From contig CAVTUQ010000005.1 of NCBI GenBank assembly GCA_963737905.1, positions 32,001 to 96,000 on the forward strand: a stretch of DNA of 64,000 nucleotides, written 5' to 3'. The notes under the pieces are model-generated. The model did not search any database, was not told the DNA's origin, and saw nothing but the letters and a program-made list of their open reading frames with translations. The translations under genes and the position numbers were made by a program. Positions 1-9,791 of this stretch are shown in pieces; the stretch's first letter is position 1, and each line of letters opens with the position of its first letter. The DNA is from an uncultured delta proteobacterium (lineage in GTDB: Bacteria; Desulfobacterota; Binatia; UBA9968).

Positions 1-413
1 CGACTCTCGATGCTGCATAGGCTTTTTGTACGGTTGATTCCAGACTGAGCGATGCGCTGCTGGAGCGCATGTGCGTCGGATCTGGCAGAATCGAGCTCCG
101 TCTTGCCGAACTTGCAACAAACACTGAGTCGTAACAGCTGAGCGCTTGCAGCTCTTGAAGCCTCTGCTCTTAGATCTTGATCCGCCTGATGGGAAATCGT
201 CTGTTGCGTTTCTAGAGCTAGTTCTTTTTGCTTGAGTTCTTTCTGGAGTGCGGTTAACTCTGCTTGAAAGCGTTCCTGAGCTCTTGCAGCCTCGTTCGCC
301 GCCGTCGCCTGGGCTTGCTTTACATAGAGCTCCATCAAGCGCACTTGAGTGGAGAGAATCTCGTCATTTATAACGATCAAAGAGGGATGCATATTCTGCT
401 TGCTGGAATCCAT
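1..413 (-). CDS. Coiled-coil-rich hypothetical protein, partial (runs off left edge)
   Basis: Manual translation from ATG at 413 gives MDSSKQNMHPSLIVINDEILSTQVRLMELYVKQAQATAANEAARAQERFQAELTALQKELKQKELALE..., open to base 1. It is Q/E/A/L-rich and heptad-like, and absent from the ORF track because it has no stop. Confidence 0.55.
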   Translation of the reverse strand, partial: MDSSKQNMHPSLIVINDEILSTQVRLMELYVKQAQATAANEAARAQERFQAELTALQKELKQKELALETQQTISHQADQDLRAEASRAASAQLLRLSVCCKFGKTELDSARSDAHALQQRIAQSGINRTKSLCSIES

Positions 414-725
414 TAGCGGGCCCTTACTGTCGCTCCCGACGCACACGGCGAAACGAAGCAATGACCGAGTGCTAAAAGCGTGCCACCCTATATTTATAAA
501 GCTCCATGAAATCGGCTATTTAGGTTTTATTCTGTTGGAGAATCAGGGTAGTATTGACGACAAAAAGCAGAATTCTGGACAAAATCGAAAATCGTTTGAC
601 AAAAATGTCTTGAGGCATTGACACAACGATATTTGAAGGGCGAGGAAATTACTTCAAAAATGGCCCGGCACTGTCAGGCAGAGCGTAATTGAAACGGGCC
701 GAGGCCAGGGCTAAAATTCAACGTC

Positions 726-1790
726 ATGCCAGCCTATTTTAGAAAAAATATTGACGCTCTCGCAGGCTATGTTCCGGGAGAGCAACCCCGCGACGAAAAC
801 GTTATCAAGCTCAATACCAACGAGAATCCGTACCCTCCATCCCCGAGGGTTTTTGCGGCACTACGGACAGCGATCAATCGCTCGTTGCGTTTATATCCGG
901 AGCCACTGGCTGATAGTCTGCGCGCCGTTGCCGCGAGCGTCTACGGTGTGAAGCCAGAAAATATTCTCGCTGGTAACGGCTCGGATGAGATTCTCTCGAT
1001 CCTGATGCGCTCGTTTGTTGGGCAACAGGATCGGGTGGCCTTTCCTGTCCCAACTTATTCTCTCTACGACACCTTGATTGCGATCCAGCAGGGAGAGCGG
1101 ATCACGGTGGCTTATCCGCCGGATTTTTCCATTCCCGAAGCATTGATATCGCAAAATGCGGCGCTCACTTTTTTGTGCAACCCCAATTCTCCTTCGGGAA
1201 CTCTCGTCTCGCTCCAGGACATTGAACGACTCGCGCGCGCAGTGTCGGGCATCGTCGTGATTGATGAAGCCTACGTTGACTTCGCCGAGAGCGAGGGGGC
1301 ATCAACCTTGCCGTTGATTCGACATTTCCCCAATCTCGTCGTGTTACGAACTTTTTCAAAATCGTTTTCGCTTGCTGGGATGCGTATCGGACTCGCTTTT
1401 GCGTCCGAGAAAATTATCTCCGGCATGATAAAAGTGAAGGACTCGTATAATTTGAATCGCTTGAGCTTGGTCGCGGCCACCGCAGCCTTGCAGGACATAC
1501 CTTGGATGATGCGCAATGTCAGACGGATCCAGCACAGCCGAACACGGCTCACCGCCGGACTCAGAAAGGTGGGCTTTTACGTTTATCCGTCGCATGCTAA
1601 TTTCGTCATGGCGCGAAAGAAAGAGCAAAATTTAAAAGGGGTCTACGAGAGGTTAAAAAGTCGGCAGATCTTAGTGCGGTATTTTGACGTACCCGGTCTA
1701 CACGACTCGCTTCGCATCACCGTGGGTACGCCCCAGGAAATCCAGTCCTTGTTGAAAGAGTTGAAGGCCATCCGCAACAATCCGACGTAA
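726..1790 (+). CDS. hisC: Histidinol-phosphate aminotransferase
   Basis: Motifs YVPGEQP, IKLNTNENPY, GNGSDE, CNPNSPSG, DEAY, and RTFSKSFSLAGMRIG (PLP lysine). Confidence 0.93.
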   Translation: MPAYFRKNIDALAGYVPGEQPRDENVIKLNTNENPYPPSPRVFAALRTAINRSLRLYPEPLADSLRAVAASVYGVKPENILAGNGSDEILSILMRSFVGQQDRVAFPVPTYSLYDTLIAIQQGERITVAYPPDFSIPEALISQNAALTFLCNPNSPSGTLVSLQDIERLARAVSGIVVIDEAYVDFAESEGASTLPLIRHFPNLVVLRTFSKSFSLAGMRIGLAFASEKIISGMIKVKDSYNLNRLSLVAATAALQDIPWMMRNVRRIQHSRTRLTAGLRKVGFYVYPSHANFVMARKKEQNLKGVYERLKSRQILVRYFDVPGLHDSLRITVGTPQEIQSLLKELKAIRNNPT

Positions 1791-1820
1791 TTGTTTTGCT
1801 GTAACAAAAGGGGGGCCAAA

Positions 1821-2237
1821 ATGGAGCGAATCAAAGTAACGGAGTTGGACCATATCGTTTTGAACGTCGGTGATATCCAACGTTCGCTCAAGTTTTACAC
1901 CGATGTGTTAGGGTTGCAGGCGGAGCGCCTTGATGACTTCAAGGCAGGGAAGGTTGGTTTTCCCTCCGTCCGGATCAACGGCGACACGATCATTGACCTG
2001 TTTCCGATTCAAGGCGCCGAGGATTTAGAAAACCAGGCAGAGAAGCGACAGGGAAACCTCAATCACTTTTGCATGGTGGTGGATCGACAGGATTTTTCAG
2101 GAATTGTTGATTATCTGGCGCAATATGGAGTTGCTGTACGCGAAGGCCCCGTGTCACGCTGGGGCGCGCGTGGCAGGGCGACCTCTGTTTATTTTCTCGA
2201 CCCCGACGGGAATGAGGTCGAGATCCGTTGTTACTAG
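1821..2237 (+). CDS. VOC/glyoxalase family protein
   Basis: LDHIVLNV...FYTDVLG, NHFC, and SVYFLDPDGNEVEI. ATG at 1821 follows a G-rich RBS. Confidence 0.85.
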   Translation: MERIKVTELDHIVLNVGDIQRSLKFYTDVLGLQAERLDDFKAGKVGFPSVRINGDTIIDLFPIQGAEDLENQAEKRQGNLNHFCMVVDRQDFSGIVDYLAQYGVAVREGPVSRWGARGRATSVYFLDPDGNEVEIRCY

Positions 2238-2291
2238 AAGACTTACTGGCAGGTGGTGAATTCGAGCCTCCCGTTGTGGCTGGCAAGAATT

Positions 2292-3605
2292 CTAGGCGTG
2301 CTTGGTTTCTTCCAGTTTGATCTTTACGATCCGCCTTCCCTCCATATCGACAATCGTAAGCCGGTAGCCGTTGTGCTCAACTCTTTCCCCGCCGCGGGGG
2401 ATGCGTTGCAGCTTTGCCAAAACAAAACCCGCCAGTGTGTGATAATCGGGAGACTCGTCGAAGGGTAGATTAAAATCGGACTTTAGATCCTTTAGCAGAG
2501 CGGATCCCTGAATTACCATGGATCCATCGGGGAGGCGCTCCACGGGGCCCCGCTCTTCCCGATCATATTCGTCGCGAATTTCTCCCACGATCTCTTCCAA
2601 CAGATCTTCCAAGGTCGCCAGACCCTCCACTTCGCCGAATTCGTTAACCACCAGAGCCATGGCAAGGCGGCGGCGCTGCAGTTGCTTGAGCAGCTCGCTG
2701 ATGCGGAGCGAGCTGGGAACAAAAAACGCCGGGTGGAGGTGGTCGCGAATATTGAAGTCGGTTTTTTCTTGCAAGGCCTTGAAGACGTCCTTGTTGTAGA
2801 GAATCCCGATGATGCGGTCCAGTTCTCCCTCATAGATGGGAATCCGAGAAAAGCCGCTCTCGACAAAACTTTGCGCAACCTCCTCCAGCGAGGCGTGGAC
2901 TTCGAGGGCATGGATTTCGGTACGCGGCACCATCACAGCTTTCACCGGCGTGTCTGCAAACTCAAAGACACTGTGGATGAGTTCTTGCTCCAATTCGTTG
3001 AAGATTCCCTTGGCTGCGCCCTCACGAATCAGGGACTTCACTTCATCGACCGAGATAAAGCTGGCTCCTTCGGCTTCTTTGCCGCCGAAAATCCTGAGCA
3101 CGGCGTTGCTGGACATCGTCAGAGCCTTCACCAACGGCGAACTGATCCGAGAAAGGAAATCAATGAGCGGTGCGGTGAGACAGGCGACGCGTTCTGAAAA
3201 GCGCAGCGCTAGTGACTTCGGAACGAGTTCGCCCAGGACCAACGACAAGTAAGAAATGGGCAACACGACCAAAAGAATAGCCATGAGTTCCGACCACCGA
3301 GCGATGAGCGGGACGGGCAAAGCCGCAATTTTTGGCTGCAAATAACCGATGGCGGCGGCGCCGCCGATAGCTGAGGCCAAAGAACTGACTACGGTCACGC
3401 CGATCTGTACCGTAGCTAAAAACCGATCGGGATCGTTCTTCAGCCGCGCCACCGCACCGGCGGCTTTTACGCCCTTTTCCAGGAGGGCATCGATGCGGCT
3501 TTTGCGGGTGGCGATAATGGCAATTTCAGCCGCTGCGAAAAAACCGTTCGCCAAAATCAAAGCGAATATGAGGCCGGGCTCAAGCCAAATGAATTGACGG
3601 ATCAT
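2292..3605 (-). CDS. Hemolysin-family CNNM/CBS/CorC protein (Mg2+/Co2+ transport related)
   Basis: ANGFFAAAEIAI, ATVQIGVT, GELVPK, CBS pair (VMVPR, FSRIPIY), LEEIVGEIRDEYD, and a C-terminal CorC domain (TLAGFV). Confidence 0.9.
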   Translation of the reverse strand: MIRQFIWLEPGLIFALILANGFFAAAEIAIIATRKSRIDALLEKGVKAAGAVARLKNDPDRFLATVQIGVTVVSSLASAIGGAAAIGYLQPKIAALPVPLIARWSELMAILLVVLPISYLSLVLGELVPKSLALRFSERVACLTAPLIDFLSRISSPLVKALTMSSNAVLRIFGGKEAEGASFISVDEVKSLIREGAAKGIFNELEQELIHSVFEFADTPVKAVMVPRTEIHALEVHASLEEVAQSFVESGFSRIPIYEGELDRIIGILYNKDVFKALQEKTDFNIRDHLHPAFFVPSSLRISELLKQLQRRRLAMALVVNEFGEVEGLATLEDLLEEIVGEIRDEYDREERGPVERLPDGSMVIQGSALLKDLKSDFNLPFDESPDYHTLAGFVLAKLQRIPRGGERVEHNGYRLTIVDMEGRRIVKIKLEETKHA

Positions 3606-3886
3606 GAATTGCGTCTCCTATTTCTCTCCGGTTCTCGAACCGGAGAAAACGGCGGCGATTTTGCTGCTTTAACAAAGGGTTTCGAAGTGGGCGGGCCAAG
3701 TCTTGAAATTGTGACCAGGCATCAATGGAATTTTAGCTCTACGCCTTCAAAAGGCAAGGCCCGTGTTTTGCGCTAGCTAATCGGAATTACGACTCCACGC
3801 AAAGGGCTCCATTGATACGGTAGCAACGCCCAACGCAACCAAAATCTTCGTTTTGGATTCTTGCATCTTTGCAGTAGGATGGCGCC

Positions 3887-6151
3887 GTGGAGAATCAGGG
3901 CGCAGAAAAACGCAATGAGCGCACCGTATTGCAGGGAACCATCGGTCGAATTACCTACCAGCACCCCGACACGCACTACACGGTTGCACGGATCGAGATC
4001 GACGGGGCCCCCGCTGTGACGGTCATAGGTGTGATCTTTCCAGTTTCTGAAGGCGAAGAGATCAAAGTCACGGGGTTCTGGAAGACGCACCCCCGCTATG
4101 GACTGCAATTCCAGGTCGATCATTGGGAGAAGATCGATCCGGCGACCATCGAAGGCATCGAAAAATATTTGGGCTCCGGTTTGATTAAAGGCATCGGTCC
4201 TACTTACGCGAGGCGGCTGGTGTCTGCCTTCGGCCTCGACACCTTGCGGGTTTTATCTGAGGAGCCCCTGCGCATTCTGGAGGTCGACGGCATCGGCGAG
4301 GTTCGGGCGCGTCGCATCATGCAAGCGTGGCAAGAACAGCGGGGCATGCAGGACGTCATGGTGTTTCTCCAAGGACACGGCGTAGGCGCGTCGATGGCAC
4401 TCAGAATCTATCGTGTGTTCGGTTCCGCGACTATAGACCGCATCAGAGAGAACCCGTACGGGTTAGCGCAGGAAGTTCACGGCATTGGATTTCTGCTCGC
4501 AGATAGAATCGCTAACAGCATTGGCATCAGTGGCGATTTCCCCCTCAGAGTTTACGCCGGAGTTCTCCATGTACTTAGAGAGTTTGCCGAGCAGGGTCAT
4601 TGCTTTGTGCCTCTGGTTACCTTGAAGCGCAATGCGGCGGCGATTCTAGGTGTGGAAGAAGATCCTGTGGAGGCTGCAGTCGAAAAGCTGGCGGCGGCGG
4701 GCAAGTTGGTTATCCAAGAAGCCGGCGATGGCGAAGTGAGACAGGTCTTTCTGGAAGAGCTGTATCACGCCGAGCGTCGGGTGGCCGCTGCTTTGCGCAA
4801 CTTGCTCTCGACGCCTTCTTCTTTGCAAAAGGAGAAAATCTCCGGTCCATGGAATAATTCCGGCGGAACATCACGCGGCGTTATTGATCTGGCGAGCCCG
4901 GAGCTGTTCGGACCTTCCACGGTCACCTTGGATGAAGATCAAGTTCACGCGACGCAGCAGGCCTTGCGTGAAAAGGTCTTGGTTATCACCGGCGGTCCTG
5001 GAACCGGCAAGACGACTCTACTGACGGTGCTCCTGACTATTCTCCGGCGGGCCAAAGTATCCTTCGTGTTGGCAGCGCCCACGGGCCGTGCGGCAAAGCG
5101 GATGACCGAGAGCGCTGGCGAAGAAGCGATGACGATCCACCGGCTCCTGGAATACAATCCTCGTGAAGGCGGCTTTCAGAGAAGCGAAGAGAATCCGCTG
5201 CAAGTCGATTTCGTGATCGTGGACGAGGCGTCTATGGTGGACCTGGTGCTTATGGATCACTTGTTGCGGGCAGTGGATCCACACACTCATTTGATACTGA
5301 TCGGGGACGTGGATCAGCTCCCGTCGGTGGGTCCGGGTAGTGTGCTGCGGGATCTGATCGATTCCGGGATTATTCCCACGGTGGTGCTGCGTCGTATTTT
5401 CAGGCAGGACCGCCAAAGCTTGATCGTGGTCAACGCCCATCGAATCCTCCAGGGCCATCACTTGGTTTTAGGCGAACAAGGCGAAAAACGGGATTTCGTT
5501 TTTATGGCACGAGAATCAGAGGAAGAAATTCTCCAAGCGGTCAAAGAGCTTTTGGTAAAGCACATACCGCATTCGCTGCAACTGGAATCGCAGAAAGTCT
5601 CGCAAGCCATTCAAGTTCTTACACCGATGCACCGCGGTCTGCTCGGTACGATCAACCTCAACCGCGAGATGCAAAACCTGCTCAACCCAGTCGGCGAAAG
5701 TTTGGAACGAAGTGGATCGCCCCTGCGTCTGGGCGACAAAGTGATGCAGCTGCGCAACAACTACGACAAAGGTGTCTTCAACGGCGACTTGGGGCGCATC
5801 GCCACCATTAACCGGGAAGAGAATAGTATTAAAGTCGACTTTTACGACAAGCTGGTAGAGTACGAATCCGACGAGCTGGACGAGATCAACCTCGCCTATG
5901 CGACGTCGGTGCACAAGAGCCAGGGAAGCGAGTACCCGATTGTCGTTATTCCGCTTCACACTTCGCACTACCTGCTGCTGCACCGCAGCATTCTCTACAC
6001 GGCGGTGACCCGAGGGAAGAAATTGGTTGTTCTGGTGGGTAGCAGAAAGGCGCTAGCAATGGCGATTCGTAACGTCCGGCTGGAGAGGAGAAATACCGGA
6101 CTAAAAGAGAAGCTGATCGAGATCTCCAAAACAGCGAGCCGATTCTTCTAA
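3887..6151 (+). CDS. recD2: ATP-dependent RecD-like DNA helicase RecD2
   Basis: N-terminal OB/HhH region (KGIGP, VDGIG), Walker A TGGPGTGKT, APTGRAA, VDEASM, GDVDQLPSVGPG, and HKSQGSEY. Confidence 0.93.
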   Translation: MENQGAEKRNERTVLQGTIGRITYQHPDTHYTVARIEIDGAPAVTVIGVIFPVSEGEEIKVTGFWKTHPRYGLQFQVDHWEKIDPATIEGIEKYLGSGLIKGIGPTYARRLVSAFGLDTLRVLSEEPLRILEVDGIGEVRARRIMQAWQEQRGMQDVMVFLQGHGVGASMALRIYRVFGSATIDRIRENPYGLAQEVHGIGFLLADRIANSIGISGDFPLRVYAGVLHVLREFAEQGHCFVPLVTLKRNAAAILGVEEDPVEAAVEKLAAAGKLVIQEAGDGEVRQVFLEELYHAERRVAAALRNLLSTPSSLQKEKISGPWNNSGGTSRGVIDLASPELFGPSTVTLDEDQVHATQQALREKVLVITGGPGTGKTTLLTVLLTILRRAKVSFVLAAPTGRAAKRMTESAGEEAMTIHRLLEYNPREGGFQRSEENPLQVDFVIVDEASMVDLVLMDHLLRAVDPHTHLILIGDVDQLPSVGPGSVLRDLIDSGIIPTVVLRRIFRQDRQSLIVVNAHRILQGHHLVLGEQGEKRDFVFMARESEEEILQAVKELLVKHIPHSLQLESQKVSQAIQVLTPMHRGLLGTINLNREMQNLLNPVGESLERSGSPLRLGDKVMQLRNNYDKGVFNGDLGRIATINREENSIKVDFYDKLVEYESDELDEINLAYATSVHKSQGSEYPIVVIPLHTSHYLLLHRSILYTAVTRGKKLVVLVGSRKALAMAIRNVRLERRNTGLKEKLIEISKTASRFF

Positions 6152-7947
6152 TTCTGTTGGAACAACCGGCCCAGCGCCTTATTGGTGTGGGTAATCCCCA
6201 GCTTCTTTAAGCAAGCCCAGAGGGTAGCTTGATTGCTGCTGATTACAGGCTTGCCGAGATCCTGTTCCAAGTCGTTGATTGCTTCGATCATGCGTGTGTT
6301 CGTACAGCTGAGGAAATAGCCTTCGGCGTTTGGTCGAGTATTCTCCTTAACAACCTGGATCCATTGTTCCGGCGTGACAGCGCTGTAGCCGTCGCTTTCA
6401 AGCCCGAGTCCCAGCTCATGGAGCACCGTAAATCCGGCTTCGGTGAGGTATTGGACCTCGTGCTCGTTGGTTTGTTTCACATAGGGACTGATGAGCACGA
6501 GTTTCTTGATGCCAAAGTGCGCGAATGCCTCCCGGATAGCCTGCGCCGTCGTGATCGTCGGGCAGCCGCTGGCGCTTTGAATCGTTTCCACCAAAGCGGC
6601 TTCGTGGGCGAGCCCATTTTCCATTGAATTGGCGGTACAATGAAAAACAATCAAATCAGGCTTGGTGTCCGATAGTGCTTCCGCTGCTTCGGTGAGAGAT
6701 TTTTTCAGCTCGCCCGGCGGCTTGCGCCACTGGCCGGTCATGCGGAGCCGGGTAATGTAGATCCCCGTACCCGGCGGCGCATATTGGTTGAATTGCGGCT
6801 CGGTCAGCCGATTGCCGGAGGGAATGATCAAACCGATGCGTGCTTGGGTATTCATAAGTCCTGGCGCTCCGAGGTTGTAAAACCTGCGAGCATTGCCGTG
6901 GAGGAAGGCGGCTTTGTCCGCGGCGGTCAATCCTTCGTTCTCCAACATTTCGTCGATTTCATGCTTGCAGAACTCGTTATTGACTTCATGTGGGAAATCG
7001 CTGGAATAAACAAAGGGCTTGTTGCCGATTCGCTTGACAGCATGGGCGACATCGGGTTCGTCGCCTTCGCAGCCGACGAAAATGTGCCCTTCGTCGACAT
7101 GGCGGGCGATGTAGTCGCTGACCTTTTCTTTGGGACGAAGCTCCAAAAAGCGCTTACGCGGATCGTGCTGAATGTGGGTCTCCCAGGAGCGGTCGAAGCG
7201 TTCCAAACAGACGAGCAACCAAGCAACCCCGCCTTCCATGAAGCCAAACTTCACGTTCGGGAACTTGTCGAAAACACCGTTGAAGACGATACCGCCAAAA
7301 GAAATCATCTGGCCAAAGGGATGGCCGAGGGCATGGACAGGGGCATAAGGAGTCACGTCATCGAGACCCAAATTCTCGTGGGCGCCGCCGTGGATGCCGA
7401 TGGCACAGCCCAGTTCGTTTGCCGCTTGATAGATTGGCCAGTAGCGCTTGTCGCCTAGGTTTGCCTGAATTCCCGTCGAAGGCAACATCGCGCCGCACAT
7501 ACCCAATTCTTTCACGGCTCTTTTTAGTTCTTCCACCGCCGCTTCCGGCTCCTGCAAGGGGATCAAGGCCATGCCTTTAAAGCGCGGGCTTCGCTTCATG
7601 TACGTTTGGTGCAACCAGTCGTTGTACGCGCGGGCGACGTCGATGGCCCAATCGCGGCTGACGATCTTGCCGAAAGCGAGACCGAGAGTGGTGTAAAGAA
7701 CGGAGGTCTCAATCCCCACGTCTTCTAAAAAGTCTATCCAGCCGTCAGGACCGACCTTATTGAAGGCACCCGGCGGAAAGTCATGGAGGTTCGACGAATG
7801 AAGATGGTCAAGCGGCGGGAATGGATTGAAGAAGGGATGGGTATCGTATTTCTCCTGATATACCGCGGGCATGAATTCAACGATCGCTTTGGTATCTTCA
7901 ATCACATGTCCGTCGCCATCGACGATGGTGTGGCCTTTGAATGGCAT
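6148..7947 (-). CDS. Amidohydrolase-2 family protein in frame with a maleate isomerase/Asp-Glu racemase domain (possibly two genes, 6856-7947 and 6148-6855)
   Basis: N part: DGDGH, IHGG, EGGVAW, SSDFPH, GNARRFY. From Met365 (ATG at 6855): IGLIIPSGN, FHCT, LSCTN, PVISSNQATLW. Confidence 0.8.
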   Translation of the reverse strand: MPFKGHTIVDGDGHVIEDTKAIVEFMPAVYQEKYDTHPFFNPFPPLDHLHSSNLHDFPPGAFNKVGPDGWIDFLEDVGIETSVLYTTLGLAFGKIVSRDWAIDVARAYNDWLHQTYMKRSPRFKGMALIPLQEPEAAVEELKRAVKELGMCGAMLPSTGIQANLGDKRYWPIYQAANELGCAIGIHGGAHENLGLDDVTPYAPVHALGHPFGQMISFGGIVFNGVFDKFPNVKFGFMEGGVAWLLVCLERFDRSWETHIQHDPRKRFLELRPKEKVSDYIARHVDEGHIFVGCEGDEPDVAHAVKRIGNKPFVYSSDFPHEVNNEFCKHEIDEMLENEGLTAADKAAFLHGNARRFYNLGAPGLMNTQARIGLIIPSGNRLTEPQFNQYAPPGTGIYITRLRMTGQWRKPPGELKKSLTEAAEALSDTKPDLIVFHCTANSMENGLAHEAALVETIQSASGCPTITTAQAIREAFAHFGIKKLVLISPYVKQTNEHEVQYLTEAGFTVLHELGLGLESDGYSAVTPEQWIQVVKENTRPNAEGYFLSCTNTRMIEAINDLEQDLGKPVISSNQATLWACLKKLGITHTNKALGRLFQQN

Positions 7948-8072
7948 AGATCATTCCTCCTGCTCCATTTGCTAATTCATATGTCACCAAGCCGTGGCCG
8001 CTTGTCAAGACTCAGCTAGCTCCTATACAAAGAGTGAGCGGCTCGTCTAGGAAAAAGAGCCTTTCTGCGAGG

Positions 8073-8750
8073 CTACTGAAGCGTCGCCGTTAGCACAAGG
8101 TTGGTTTCGCTGGAGGTGGAACGGTCGCGATACCCTAGGATCTGGCGCGTTACTTCGTGCACATTAGTCGTTGAGCCGCCTAGGGAAACCGGTTGCCCGC
8201 TGGGCACGATTAGCTCCGTCGTCGCTTCAGTGAAATCGATGGCGCCGGAGCGCTCGCCAGAGAAATAACTGATTCTTGGAGTTAAGCGCACTCTGATCTG
8301 GTTGTCGGGAAGAATGCCGGCATTGACACGAAGCGATGTGCCGACATTCGTGAACACGATTTGCCTCTGGATATAGCCGCTGCCAACGGCGTAATTATAG
8401 TAGTAAGCGGTCTGGCTGTAAGGCACTTGCGTAGCGACCGAAAGAATCGACTCGCCGCCATCCTGCACCAGTGTGAAAATACCGGTGGAGCGCTGTACTG
8501 TCGTCTGTCTGTCGCCTCCGGTTACACGACCGGAAGGATACACGTTTCCCTTTCGAATGATGACACTACCCGATCCCTGAAGCGATTCCTGGCTCTGGGC
8601 TCCGGACTGTTGGGACTCAACAAATACTTTTATTTGCCGGCGGTTTTGCGCGTTGCCGATGGGCAGCATGCCTAGCATCAGGCACACCAGAGCGACCATG
8701 GAGCGGACACCAAGACACGGTTTCATTGCTGGCATAGTTTCCCCGGTCAA
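8073..8750 (-). CDS. Exported protein resembling a minimal secretin core domain
   Basis: Signal peptide, then LVQDGGESILSVATQVPY, NVGTSLRV...QIRVRLTPRIS, and ATTELIVPSGQPVSLGG. These match the secretin beta-domain pattern; no N domains are present. Confidence 0.55.
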   Translation of the reverse strand: MTGETMPAMKPCLGVRSMVALVCLMLGMLPIGNAQNRRQIKVFVESQQSGAQSQESLQGSGSVIIRKGNVYPSGRVTGGDRQTTVQRSTGIFTLVQDGGESILSVATQVPYSQTAYYYNYAVGSGYIQRQIVFTNVGTSLRVNAGILPDNQIRVRLTPRISYFSGERSGAIDFTEATTELIVPSGQPVSLGGSTTNVHEVTRQILGYRDRSTSSETNLVLTATLQ

Positions 8751-8752
8751 AC

Positions 8753-9781
8753 TCAGCGACCACCCGGCAGAAATGAGAAGTCCACCAGTTTCATCGGATC
8801 GAAATCCGCCGGTATGGGCCGCTCCTGGCGCAGGATATCGATGTAACCGCGGGCGACCTTGGGATTTAGCCGCCCGTCTTTATTCAAAAGCCTGATGAGC
8901 GTTGCATAGGTGTTTTCCGCTTCATTCTGCTTCACCTTGAACTTCTCGACGATCATCTTGGTGCTCTCAGCAGGATTGGCACGCAACCAATCAAGAGAGT
9001 CAAATACCGCTGCGACCGTACGTCGCACCGACTCGCGGTTGGTTTTGATTTCAGCCTGCGATGTCACCAAACCGACATAGGGAATGTCTGCCAAATCGCC
9101 CAGTTGCATGAATTTCTTGTAGCCCAGGGAAACCGCCTTATCGTCAAAGGGCGGTGTCAGAACCGTACCGGCGACGCGATTGGTGGTGAGGGCTAGAAAA
9201 CTATCAGCTGTGCCGCCGGTGCTGATGGCGCCGACATCTTTCTCGTTGATTTCGAATTTCTTCAAGAACGCTTGGAAGAAATAGTACGGCGAGGTGCGGA
9301 TCCCCGAGACCGCGATGGTTTTGCCAATTAAATCTTGCGGCTTGTTAATGTCCTTGTTCGTGACTAAAACCCACGGCGAAGTATCGCAGAAACTGACGAG
9401 GATGACCAATGGCAGGCCGGCCACCGCTGCCGAGATGCCGTTGGAAACCGAGGTCAAATAGTTAATGTTGCCGTTGATCACGGCCTGGGCCTGGATCGGC
9501 GTGCGCATCTGGATGAACTCGGATTCGAGTCCGTGCTTCTTAAAAAATCCCTTTTCTTGAGCGATGTAGTAGGGCATGTAAGAAAACGCCAGGGAAGGGA
9601 AGCCGATGCGTATTTTCGACAGACTCTCGGCTCCCGAAGCGAAATCCGAAAACAGGAGCAGAGCCAGACCAATGACGACACCCTCACCTTTCCCTTTCCC
9701 TCGCAGGAAGAGGGCTAAAGTAAGCGTCGAAAGCCAAGAGGATAGAAGGCGTGGAGTCAGCTTAGCTGCACTTTGTTTCAT
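8753..9781 (-). CDS. ABC-type substrate-binding protein, NMT1/SsuA-like
   Basis: IRIGFP...PYYIAQEKGFFKKHGL and DLIGKTIAV. AGGAG precedes ATG 9781 (MKQSAAK). Confidence 0.85.
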   Translation of the reverse strand: MKQSAAKLTPRLLSSWLSTLTLALFLRGKGKGEGVVIGLALLLFSDFASGAESLSKIRIGFPSLAFSYMPYYIAQEKGFFKKHGLESEFIQMRTPIQAQAVINGNINYLTSVSNGISAAVAGLPLVILVSFCDTSPWVLVTNKDINKPQDLIGKTIAVSGIRTSPYYFFQAFLKKFEINEKDVGAISTGGTADSFLALTTNRVAGTVLTPPFDDKAVSLGYKKFMQLGDLADIPYVGLVTSQAEIKTNRESVRRTVAAVFDSLDWLRANPAESTKMIVEKFKVKQNEAENTYATLIRLLNKDGRLNPKVARGYIDILRQERPIPADFDPMKLVDFSFLPGGR

Positions 9782-9791
9782 GCCGATACTC

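Noticed and set aside
349-621. 90-aa plus-strand ORF before hisC
   Set aside because: It overlaps the start of the minus-strand coiled-coil gene and an AT-rich divergent promoter region, and has no protein-like motifs.
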